A DNA stretch of 64,000 bases, from contig CAWFQK010000002.1 in the NCBI GenBank assembly GCA_963817955.1, positions 416,001 to 480,000 on the forward strand, in the 5' to 3' direction. The first letter of the stretch is position 1; the number at the start of each line of letters is the position of its first letter. The DNA is from an uncultured Gemmatimonadaceae bacterium. Its GTDB lineage: Bacteria; Gemmatimonadota; Gemmatimonadetes; Gemmatimonadales; Gemmatimonadaceae. Both the position numbers and the translations under genes were made by a program. The notes under the pieces are model-generated. The model did not search any database, was not told the origin of the DNA, and was given only the letters and a program-made list of their open reading frames with translations. Positions 41,827-50,898 of the stretch are shown here, piece by piece.

Positions 41827-44800
41827 CTACCACAAATCCCCTACCGTGATCGTCCACCGTGGCGCGATGGATCCGTGTCCCCCCAACCCGTGTCCCACGG
41901 CAAGGCCTGATTGATTCACGAAGACCGGCGCATCGAAACGCACGTAGACGTCGCGATCGTAGAGTCTTCCCCGGGCGATCAGACCTGCGCCAGCATCCGT
42001 GAGTAGCGCGTTGTCGAGCGCGATCTGCCTCGATGAGGCAATACCGGCATCGCCGAAGACGCTCACGGACAGGGAGCCGCGCCCCCACGAGCCATGCGCG
42101 CTCGCCACCTGCTGCACGACTTCCCCGTTCGCTGCCACGACGCCATCGAGCGGCACATCGAAGCCGAATCCGCGGAGACCCGCACCGCCGATCGGCAGAT
42201 AGTTCACGCCGCTCTGTTTGAGGAGTGCACCGCGCGGACGGAAGAGATCGTTGTTGAAAGTCTCGAACGGATCGGATGACGAGGCAAAGATCGCCCGCTG
42301 TCGGGGCGCGTTGTGCGCCAACCCGCCATACACGCGCACGTGGAGCTGCGAAGTCGTGCTCACGAGCGAGCGCACCAGCCCCAACGAGCCCTCGGCGCGC
42401 AGATAGCCGCGCGTTGGCTCGGCGGTCGTCGAGGAGTTGTCCGACGCCAACCCTCCGGCGAGGGAAGCCCGCACGGTCGTGTATTCGCTATCCGCAGTGA
42501 CCACGCTTCGGTAGGCGCCCGAACCACCGATTTCTGCCACGTTCGCATTCGACCACTGCTCCGGCAGCAACAGCGAGTCACTCGGCATCGCGACGGTGAC
42601 GTATGCCTTGGCCGTGATCGCCGGCCCCGGATTGAAGATGTACGGGCTCAGATCCCACTTCCGGAACACATCAAGCTTGAGCAGACCGTCGAGGTAATTG
42701 AACGCGCCGCCATAGTCCATCAGCGGGCGCTCCATTCCGGGGAGATAGAGGTTCTCCGCTCGCGCCCACACCTGCGCGCGAGTCGCGATGCTCGGCGACT
42801 GGCCGTTCGATGCGCGCGGCGCGCGCGTAGCGAATGCGATGCCGCCGTCGTAGATGTCGACTGTCGACAAATAATTGGTCTTGGCACGAATGCCGAACAC
42901 CGCGCCCTGCGGGTCGCTGTACCATGCAGCGGGCGCGAGCGCCACGATGGTGTGCGCTCGGTCGGTCTGATTGAGGTATGGCCAGTTGTACGTGATCCGC
43001 GGCTCGCGCACGCTGATCAGAAGACTGGCGTTGATGTCGTTGCGCCTATCCCAGTCCCACGTCACGTGGTTCGGGTCCGAGCTGCACCAACAGTGGGCGG
43101 TCCGGCGTGAACACGTGCACGTAACTGTGATCCATCAGCGGATCGCCCCGGGCAACCGTCCATCCCGCGGAGGTCAACACCCCGACCGGCATCGGATGCC
43201 GCAACTCGCCACGGCGGTCCACGCGCGCGATCGTCTCGTACCGCGTGCCGTCGGTATTGACGCCCACAGGTCCGAGCGCGTAGTCCATCAATCCCGTGCC
43301 GTGCACCCACTCGTCGAAGAACCAGCCGAGCGGGCGGCCGTAGGCGCGTTCGGCCGATGCGCGCATGGCGCGCTCGTCCACGTGCTTGAGCGCCCAGCGG
43401 TCATAGTAGTCATGCAGGAAGGCGTGGAACACCGTGTCGCCCATGGCATCGCGAAGCTGTCCGTACATCAACTTCGCACGATTGTAGATCATTTCGTTAT
43501 AGATCCCAAACTCGCGAAAATCGGCGGAATTCGTACCGATGGGTTGTGCGCGCCCGTGTACCTCGAGCGACCACTGCGAGAGGTTCGTGCTGTCGTTCCC
43601 CGGAATCGTGACGGCATTCACGCGATACCCCTCCGGCAGCCGCGGCGGCTCAAGCACCCGGCCGATTCGCTCCTGCGGTGTGAGACGCTGCGCCCAGTCC
43701 GTCTGGTAATCCGTGAGCCCCTCGTCCATCCAGCCAGACCTCCACTCATTGTTGGCGAGGATGCCATAGGTGAACACGTGCCCGCTTTCATGGAGAATGA
43801 GCCCCTGCGACGCCGATCCGTCCATGATCATCATGGGAAACTCGGTGCCGCCGGGATCGAGGCGATGCACGTTCGAGAGCTGCGGATAGGCGTACGGTCC
43901 CCAGATCGACTCGAGCCAACGGAGCGCGAACATCGTGCGCTCGAGCGCGCGTCCGCCGCCCCACGTGCTGTCGTCGCCTGCCTTGTACAGCACGTGCACC
44001 GCAACCGTGTCCCACGTGGGGAAATGCATCCGGCCGACGTGTCGGACATACACGCCGCCCTCATAGCGATAATCCGGCGACGCACTCCAGGCAAAATGAT
44101 GCACGTTCTCGGCAACGAATCGCACGGCGCGGTAGCCATCGGGAACCACCAGCGCACTGCCGGCCGGCTGCTCACGATAGGCGCTCGCGGCCAGATGGGG
44201 CGGTCCATTCCGCGACACCCGCGCCCATCCTGGATCGCCGGACACGGGAACACCCGTGGACGCCAGGACCTGATCGTCGCGCACGATCATGGTCACGTCG
44301 TAGGTGCCGAACTCGCCGTACAGCTCGCCGGCCGGGATGAGCGGGTTTGGTTCCCAGCCGCCGCGATCGTACACGGCGACCTTCGGATACCACTGGGCGA
44401 AATCCCACGTGCGGCCGCGGCGCCCCTGTCGGCGTGTCACCGTGGACGGACGCGCGTCCCACGCAAAGTGAATCTGCACCGAATCGCCGGGCGGGAGAGG
44501 CTTCGGCAGGCGGAAGTGCATGACGGTGCTGTCGGGCGTGCCGGGATAGTCGATGATTACCGGCGTGCCGTTGACGGTCGGCGCCTGCGTGAGTCGTTCG
44601 TAGCCGAAATTCGGTTCGGCAAGATACTGAAAGCGAACGCGGTTTTCGCGGGCGTCGGCCGCGCTCCACTTGGAGCCTGGACGAAACGCATTCAGGTACT
44701 GGTGGAAGTACATCTCACGCAGCGTGTCGGGCGATTGGTTGGTGTACACCAACGTGCCATCCGCGCGCAACTTGGTTTGCGACTCGTCGAGCGTGGCGAC

Positions 44801-44917
44801 GATCTGATAGTGCACGTGCTGCTGCCAATAGCCGGTCGTGTCGCCGGAGGGCGGTGTCGTCGCGCCCTGATAGGTGCCTTGCTGAAGCAGAGCGAGCAGT
44901 CCGAGAAGCTGAATCAT
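41827..44917 (-). CDS. Exported M1 aminopeptidase fused to a C-terminal Omp85-like beta-barrel; frameshift at ~43077
   Basis: YWQQ..Y, QWYPK..VYD, GGTEFP, HESGH-x18-E; second frame gives LRGF, FGDAG, DAGAG, RFDAP and C-terminal W; removing one base gives continuous QLDPNHVTWDWD. Confidence 0.8.
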
Positions 44918-44955
44918 GGTCGAATTGTATCTGCAAGCCCGACTAATTTCAGTGC

Positions 44956-45786
44956 ATGGCACTTTCCCGCCCCAACGCGCTCGCCCCAATTGTCGGCGGC
45001 ACCTGGCACGTCACACTCGCCGCCATCGTCCTCGTCGTCGCGGCGGCGGCGGCGATGGGGCAGACGCCGGCCACGATGCCCTCCGCGCGCGTCACGCTCC
45101 AGATCGACTCAGCCACCGTCGCGCGCTTCGATGCGCGGTCGTTCGACCTCGGCGTCACGCAACAGGCGCCATGGCCCGACGGGTCGGCGGCGGCGGCCGA
45201 GATTCAGTTCGTGAAACAGGCCGGCGCGTTCTCGGGGGACCTCATCCGTCTCGGTGCGAGCGGCGCCCGCGCGCCGTCCGGCACGATCGAGGTGCTTGAC
45301 TCGCTCGGCGCCGCGACGCTGACCGTTCACCTCAGCGACGTGGTCGTCGTTTCGGATCACATTTCGTTGTCCAGCGCTCGGGTGGCGCTCGAGCAGCAGC
45401 GCATCTCGCAGCAGGAGACGCTGACGCAGCTCAACGCCGACTCCCAGGAAGCGCAGCGGCAGCTTGCCACGGCGGAAGAACTTGGCAAGAGCCATGTCAC
45501 CACGCGCCAGGATCTGGCCCATGCGCGCGCAATAGCGTCGGAACTCCAGCAGCGTCTGGAGCTGGCGCGCCAGCGACAGGCGTTGCTCGTGCGACAACTT
45601 CAGGCGCAGGGCGCGCTGGACGAAACGGTCGTGTTGCACTTCGGCCGACTGGAAATCGACAGCCCAATGCCGGGCGGGCATGCAAGTTGGGATTTCAGCA
45701 CCGGCCGACGGACGGCGCCGACACCAGATTCGGTGTCACGGCGCGGTCCGGGGCGGCCCAACGCCGCACCGCCCCTGCGGCCGTAG
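44956..45786 (+). CDS. Exported Hcp-fold-like protein with inserted coiled-coil hairpin
   Basis: Signal peptide; SFDLGVTQ / IQFVK...SGDL....SG / LSDVVV.S / ETVVLHFGRL / WD pattern matches Hcp strand order; heptad-rich insert at aa 141-218. Confidence 0.6.
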   Translation: MALSRPNALAPIVGGTWHVTLAAIVLVVAAAAAMGQTPATMPSARVTLQIDSATVARFDARSFDLGVTQQAPWPDGSAAAAEIQFVKQAGAFSGDLIRLGASGARAPSGTIEVLDSLGAATLTVHLSDVVVVSDHISLSSARVALEQQRISQQETLTQLNADSQEAQRQLATAEELGKSHVTTRQDLAHARAIASELQQRLELARQRQALLVRQLQAQGALDETVVLHFGRLEIDSPMPGGHASWDFSTGRRTAPTPDSVSRRGPGRPNAAPPLRP

Positions 45787-46026
45787 CCGTTCAGGACGTC
45801 GCGTCAGGCGGACTCGAGCACGTGGCGCTGGCGGACTGAACCCGTCCTCCGCGCGGTGAGAGCTTGCTCAACCCATGTGCGATGTCAAACGCAAGTCCGT
45901 ATTCCCGCATGACCTGACACGAGAATCCCGATAGGCAAGACGAACGCGCCACGTACACTGGAATGCGTTCGCTTTTCCCATTCAACGGCTGGTCGAGTTT
46001 GTTTACAGTCGTCACAAGGAGGAATT

Positions 46027-46242
46027 ATGAATGAGATGAACAAGGATGAGCTGATCAAACAGGTCACGCAGCACGCGGGAATTCCGGCCGACAAGGCGAA
46101 GCTCGCAGCGGACTCGGTCGTCACGTTTCTCAAGTCGAAGCTGCCGGCACCCGTCGCCGGGCAGATCGACTCGGTAACCGGGGGCCGGTTCGCCGACGTC
46201 ACCAAGAAGGCCGGTGACTTCATGGGATCGAAGGACAAGTAG
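46027..46242 (+). CDS. Small helical protein (DUF2267-like)
   Basis: Strong SD AAGGAGG; DELIKQV...AGI..DKA..A...V..FLK.KLP; followed by a terminator. Confidence 0.75.
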   Translation: MNEMNKDELIKQVTQHAGIPADKAKLAADSVVTFLKSKLPAPVAGQIDSVTGGRFADVTKKAGDFMGSKDK

Positions 46243-46254
46243 TCGTCCGAAGAA

Positions 46255-46295
46255 GAAAACGCCCGGGAGGCTCTCAGAGCCTCCCGGGCGTTTTC
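46255..46295. terminator. Bidirectional intrinsic terminator
   Basis: GAAAACGCCCGGGAGGCTC-TCA-GAGCCTCCCGGGCGTTTTC, perfect 19-bp stem between convergent genes. Confidence 0.9.
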
Positions 46296-46331
46296 AGCAC
46301 ACGTCATGGCGTCGCCACGGACGCCGATCCG

Positions 46332-49010
46332 TTACGGCACGACTGCCGCCTTGCTTTCCTTCTGGACCGGGTTCTTCACGTAGATGTCGAACCACGCGAT
46401 CCACCGCGCCCACTGGTCGAGGTCGGACTCGCGCGTCGCGGGGCCGTGATCCTCGTACGGGTACATGAACAACGCCGCCTGCTTCCCCTGCCCCTGCAGC
46501 GCCTGCATCATGCGAATCGAGCTGATCGGGTCGGTGCCGACGTTCTGATCTTCGAGCGAGTGGTACATGAGCAGCGCACCACTCAACCGGTCGGCATACA
46601 GGAACGGCGACATTTCGAGGTACGTGTCCTTGGCGTCCCACAACGTGCGACGTTCGTTCTGGAAGTTGAACGGCGTGAGGGTACGGTTGTACATGCCGTC
46701 GCCGGCGATGCCCGCCTTGAAGTACGGTGTGTGGGTCATCGCATTCACGGTGCTGAACGCCCCATAGCTATGGCCGCCGATTCCCACGCGACCACGGTCG
46801 AGGTAGCCAGCCTTCTCCACCGCCTCGAGGGTGAGATCGAGATCCTCGCGTAGCTCGTCCACATAATGGTCGTTCATGCGCCCAGCCGGCCCAACGATCG
46901 GGATGTCCACCGGTTGAATGACGACGTACCCCTGCGTCACCCAGATTTCAGGGCTGCGCGGCGCAACGTTGGCGAACTGATTGATGTTCGTCGTGCGACG
47001 ACGCTGATCGTACTCGGCCTGCGTCGAGAATTCCGTCGGATAGAACCAGATGATGCCCGGCAGACGCGTGCCCTCGCGATAATCCTTGGGCAGCGTGACG
47101 TCGATATAGAACTTGTAACCGTCCCGTGGACGTTCGACGAGCAAACGCTTCCGAATAGCCTGCGTCACCTCGGGCGCGACGTCCACATTCTTCGTGAGCT
47201 TCGTTTCGCTCCCGGTCTTCATGTCGCGCAAATACGAATCGGAGATCATCGACGGCGACTGCCGCAACACGATCGCCTTGTTGTAGTCGTCGTCGAGCGG
47301 CGCAACGACATCTTCCGCGACGTCACTCGTTCCTTCGTACAGACGCGTCTTCTGCCCGCTCTCGAAGTCGACGCGATCCACGAAGTTGTGCGGTGCCTGC
47401 TTGTTCCAGTCGGGGAAGTACTTGGTGCCCTCGAGAAAGACACTCTTGTTATCGGAGGCCACCCGCACGACCGGCACGCCATTCGCTCCGCGCTTTGTCT
47501 GGAGCGCTCCCGGGTTGTTGAAGAACGCCGAGTCGCTCACATTGCCGCGACCACCGCCGGCGCCACCCGCTCCACCGCGGCCGCCGCGGCCAGCAGCGAT
47601 CGAGGCGCCCTTCGCAATCTCGTAATGCTTTGCCGGATCCGCGAGACGAACCGCGTACAGATCGGTCCCCTCAGCCACGAACAGCGTCTTGCCGTCTGGG
47701 CTGAACTCGGCGGACGTGATGCGACTGTTCGCCTCGAAGATCTGTTTGGCGTCATTCGCACCAAAGGGCGGCAGCCACGTGTACAGCCGATCCTTCCGCG
47801 CCGCCGTCGCGCCGCCCCGGCCACCGCGACCGCCCGCCGGCGCTGCGCCACGTTGTCCGCCAGTGCCGGCTGCCGGCGCTTCGGACAACAGGTACACCAG
47901 ACCCGGGCCAACCGGATTCCACTGCAGGTTGCGCTTGGCAGTATCCGACTGCGCGCCGCCGCGTCCACCGAACCCGCCAGTCGAGTCGCTTCCGCCGGCC
48001 GAACCTTCGTTGAGCGGGCGCTTCGCCAGTACCGTGATCACTTTGCCAGTCGCGTCCCAGAGCTGCTCCACGGTGCCGAAACTCGTGACCTGCACGAGAT
48101 ACGAGTAGGGCCTCACTTGCAGCGTGACGCGGAAATACTGGCCATCGGGCGACGCATCGACGGCTGTGATGAGCGCCGGCGCGCCGATCTTCTTCACCGC
48201 TTTGGATTTCACATCGATGAGCGCAAGCTGACCGAGCGTGTAGTAGTCGAGTAAATCCTTGTCGTACGGGTCGCGCAGCAGGCTCGCGTAGTTGCGGTTC
48301 TGGAGCACCTTGCCCGCCTCGCTCGTGCGCACGAGCGGCCCCGTCTCGATCGCTGGCCGTTTCGGCTCGGCGGGACGGTTGTCGGGGAGTAGCACGGCAA
48401 CGATGCACTTGCTGTCCGCCGTCCAATCGAGCGTGGTCACGCGAGTGGCAAGCAACGGCGTCTTCGTGATCTGCACCGACTTGCCCGTTGCGACGTCGGC
48501 GACATAGACGTGCGTAGCCGCGTCGAAGCTGGCGATGTAGGCGATCGATTTGCCGTCGGGAGACCACGTCGCCCCATTCACTACGGCGCCTTTGGGCGTC
48601 TCGATCGCGCGCGCTGCGCCGGTGTTGGGATCGAGAATGGTGAGGCCGATGCTCCCGCGCGTGGTGAGCGCACGGACCCGATTGGCCTTGAAGTCGATCT
48701 CGAGGCCCGCGAGCCGGTAATGAGGCTTACCGAAGACGTCCACGGAGGGCAGCCCATCGTTCTCCGCCTTCAGGAAGAAGCGGTTGTCGGGGCTGGGGTT
48801 GGTGAAGGCAACGCCATTCCGCGGCGCCGTGACAATGCGCTCGACGATCTCCGGCGGCTTGACGTAAGTCTCTTTGGCGAGGACTTCCTTCGGATTCCAC
48901 CCTTGTTGGGCGACGTTCTGGGCGCCGAGAGGTAGGGCGAATGCCGCGAGACCGGCGGCGCCGATCATGAAGCGCGTCAGGAGGCGCTTCGGCGGGGAAA
49001 AGCGGTTCAT
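46332..49010 (-). CDS. Exported S9 prolyl oligopeptidase-family serine peptidase (glutamyl endopeptidase-like)
   Basis: Signal peptide; WSPDG propeller repeats; GGHSYGAF, YNRTLTPF.FQ.E.R, D.N.GT, PYEDHG. Confidence 0.92.
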   Translation of the reverse strand: MNRFSPPKRLLTRFMIGAAGLAAFALPLGAQNVAQQGWNPKEVLAKETYVKPPEIVERIVTAPRNGVAFTNPSPDNRFFLKAENDGLPSVDVFGKPHYRLAGLEIDFKANRVRALTTRGSIGLTILDPNTGAARAIETPKGAVVNGATWSPDGKSIAYIASFDAATHVYVADVATGKSVQITKTPLLATRVTTLDWTADSKCIVAVLLPDNRPAEPKRPAIETGPLVRTSEAGKVLQNRNYASLLRDPYDKDLLDYYTLGQLALIDVKSKAVKKIGAPALITAVDASPDGQYFRVTLQVRPYSYLVQVTSFGTVEQLWDATGKVITVLAKRPLNEGSAGGSDSTGGFGGRGGAQSDTAKRNLQWNPVGPGLVYLLSEAPAAGTGGQRGAAPAGGRGGRGGATAARKDRLYTWLPPFGANDAKQIFEANSRITSAEFSPDGKTLFVAEGTDLYAVRLADPAKHYEIAKGASIAAGRGGRGGAGGAGGGRGNVSDSAFFNNPGALQTKRGANGVPVVRVASDNKSVFLEGTKYFPDWNKQAPHNFVDRVDFESGQKTRLYEGTSDVAEDVVAPLDDDYNKAIVLRQSPSMISDSYLRDMKTGSETKLTKNVDVAPEVTQAIRKRLLVERPRDGYKFYIDVTLPKDYREGTRLPGIIWFYPTEFSTQAEYDQRRRTTNINQFANVAPRSPEIWVTQGYVVIQPVDIPIVGPAGRMNDHYVDELREDLDLTLEAVEKAGYLDRGRVGIGGHSYGAFSTVNAMTHTPYFKAGIAGDGMYNRTLTPFNFQNERRTLWDAKDTYLEMSPFLYADRLSGALLMYHSLEDQNVGTDPISSIRMMQALQGQGKQAALFMYPYEDHGPATRESDLDQWARWIAWFDIYVKNPVQKESKAAVVP

Positions 49011-49107
49011 TGCGTACTCCACGAATGGGGCGGCGATCGGAGGAGACATATTGGGTCAGACGAGATATACGATATACGACGCCTCGGCGCAGGACGCTGT
49101 GGCGGGG

Positions 49108-49157
49108 GGACACCGGACACCGGACACCGGACACGGGACAACGGGACAACGGGACAA
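49108..49157. repeat. Short tandem repeats (GGACACC x3, GGACACG, GGACAACG x2)
   Basis: Read directly from the sequence. Confidence 0.9.
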
Positions 49158-49194
49158 GAAAATCCCGGCCGCAGGTGGAGGCGAGCCGGGACTT
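49156..49194 (-). terminator. Terminator of the atp operon
   Basis: Minus strand TCCCGGC...GCCGGGA followed by TTTTCTT, downstream of atpH. Confidence 0.7.
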
Positions 49195-49249
49195 CGATGA
49201 CTACGAACGACCAGCAGCAACCACGAACGACCAGCGGCCCAACCAGCGC

Positions 49250-49792
49250 CTACCTCCCCGCCAGCATCTTCGACCGAAGCGTTGCCAAGCGGCGACGAAC
49301 GGAGCCATCGAGGACGGTTTCACCGACACGCACGATGACGCCGCCCAGGATGCCAGGATTCACGTGGAAGTGCGGCACCACGTCCTTGCCGAGAGTGCGC
49401 GAGAGCTGTGCGACGATGAGCTGACGGTCCGCATCGTCTGCTTCGCGGGCCACCGTGACTGACGCATGGATGCGACCTTCGACCTGATCCACCAGGTCGT
49501 GATACGCTTGCGCGATCGTCGGGATCAGCATCTGGCGGCGGTGGCTCACCAGCGCCTGCAGAAAGCGTACGAAGTTGCGGGGCAACTGCCCGCCGTACGC
49601 TCGCTGGATGATCTCGTTCTTGCGCTGGGCGCTGGCGCGCGGCGACTCGAGGAACATGCGGAGCCGACGATCGGACTCCATCGCGTTGGCGACGGAGTCG
49701 ATCATCTCGCCCCAACCGCGCAAGTCGCCCGCTCGTTGCGCCAGTTCGAGCAGCGTCTCGGCGTAATTCCGAGCGATCGTTGGCTCGCGCAT
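49250..49792 (-). CDS. atpH: ATP synthase subunit delta
   Basis: IARNYAETL, NFV..L..HRR, ILGGVIVRVGE..LDGSV. Confidence 0.95.
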   Translation of the reverse strand: MREPTIARNYAETLLELAQRAGDLRGWGEMIDSVANAMESDRRLRMFLESPRASAQRKNEIIQRAYGGQLPRNFVRFLQALVSHRRQMLIPTIAQAYHDLVDQVEGRIHASVTVAREADDADRQLIVAQLSRTLGKDVVPHFHVNPGILGGVIVRVGETVLDGSVRRRLATLRSKMLAGR

Positions 49793-50385
49793 TACTGGCT
49801 GACCTGCAGCGAACCGATCGAGGAGAGATACGCCTCGACGAGCTGACGGTTCTTCGCGCTCTCGAGGTTCTGCTCGATCACCTTGCTGGCGCCGGCGAGC
49901 GCGAGGTCCACTGCTTCGCGGCGGAGCTGGATGATGGCGCGCCCCTTCTCCGTTTCAATGTCACGGCGGGCGCGCTCCAGCATGTCCTGCTGTTCCTTGC
50001 GCGTGTGATCCAGGAGGTCAGCGCGCATCTTCTCTGCGAGCGCCCGTCCGTCGGCAATCAGCTTCTGCGCCTCGCCGCGCGCGGCGTCGAGTTGCGCCTG
50101 ATGCTGGCGAAGGAGCTCGGCGGCCGCGTCGCGGTCGCGCTTCGCGCCCTCGATCGCGTCCTCCAACGCCTTCTCGCGTGCTTCGACGGCCTTGGTGATC
50201 GGGCCGAACGCGAACTTCGTGAGAATGAAGAAGAGGACGACAAAGATTATGAGCGTCCAGAACATCAGATTGATCTGGAGGCTCACGAGGCTGCCACCAC
50301 CGCTCGCGGCATGTCCGCCTTCCTGGGCGAGCGCGGCGGTAGCGTTCAGCGCGAGAAGCGCGACAGACAGCGAAAACTTGCGCAT
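49792..50385 (-). CDS. atpF: ATP synthase subunit b
   Basis: FWTLIIFVVL..IL.KFA.GPI....EARE followed by coiled coil. Confidence 0.95.
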   Translation of the reverse strand: MRKFSLSVALLALNATAALAQEGGHAASGGGSLVSLQINLMFWTLIIFVVLFFILTKFAFGPITKAVEAREKALEDAIEGAKRDRDAAAELLRQHQAQLDAARGEAQKLIADGRALAEKMRADLLDHTRKEQQDMLERARRDIETEKGRAIIQLRREAVDLALAGASKVIEQNLESAKNRQLVEAYLSSIGSLQVSQ

Positions 50386-50416
50386 AATGAGAAGTCCCGA
50401 TTGACAGAGAGAGATC

Positions 50417-50448
50417 TTGAAAGCTGCGCCCCGGGGCGCAGCTTTCAA
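50417..50448. repeat. Perfect 32-bp palindrome right after the atpE stop
   Basis: TTGAAAGCTGCGCCCCGGGGCGCAGCTTTCAA is its own reverse complement. Confidence 0.9.
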
Positions 50449-50727
50449 TTAGAACTTGAGTGAAATCAGCAGCGTGACGACCACAGCGAACAGCGCGACG
50501 CCTTCCACGAGAGCGGCCAGAATCAGCGCGCCCGTCTGGATGGTGCCGGCGATCTCCGGCTGACGTGCCATTGCCTCGGTGGCCGAGCCACCGATGCGGC
50601 CGATGCCCAGACCGGCACCGATCACCGCGAGTCCGGCGCCAATGCCGGCGCCGAGCATTGCCCACGCACCCTGGTACTCCTTGGGCGCGTACGACGCAGC
50701 TGCCTGAAGAAGCGGAAGAATAGCCAT
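50449..50727 (-). CDS. atpE: ATP synthase subunit c (H+-type)
   Basis: GAGLGIG, ARQPE, AALVEGVALF. Confidence 0.96.
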   Translation of the reverse strand: MAILPLLQAAASYAPKEYQGAWAMLGAGIGAGLAVIGAGLGIGRIGGSATEAMARQPEIAGTIQTGALILAALVEGVALFAVVVTLLISLKF

Positions 50728-50898
50728 GTGTCTCTCCAAACTATACGAACAGTTATTGCCACTGCTTCGCACCGAGGAACGCACCGTCCCAGGACGCCTC
50801 CCGTCACCGAGCCCCGGGGCTCAACGGGATTCACCAGGCATTCACCTGGCTACGAACCGTCGGCAGTGAAGCGGAAAGCCGACGGGACTACACACTGC

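Noticed and set aside
42971..45214. 747-aa plus-strand ORF and similar long antisense ORFs (e.g. 7787-9406, 24119-25423, 46866-48254)
   Set aside because: Shadow ORFs opposite well-supported genes in high-GC DNA, with no recognisable motifs
44956..45786. Part of a canonical T6SS or prophage tail locus
   Set aside because: No tssB/C, vgrG, baseplate or phage genes in the window, and the signal peptide is incompatible with canonical Hcp
50449..50727. Na+-translocating ATP synthase
   Set aside because: c subunit has E-G (LVEGV), not the Q...E-S/T Na+ signature
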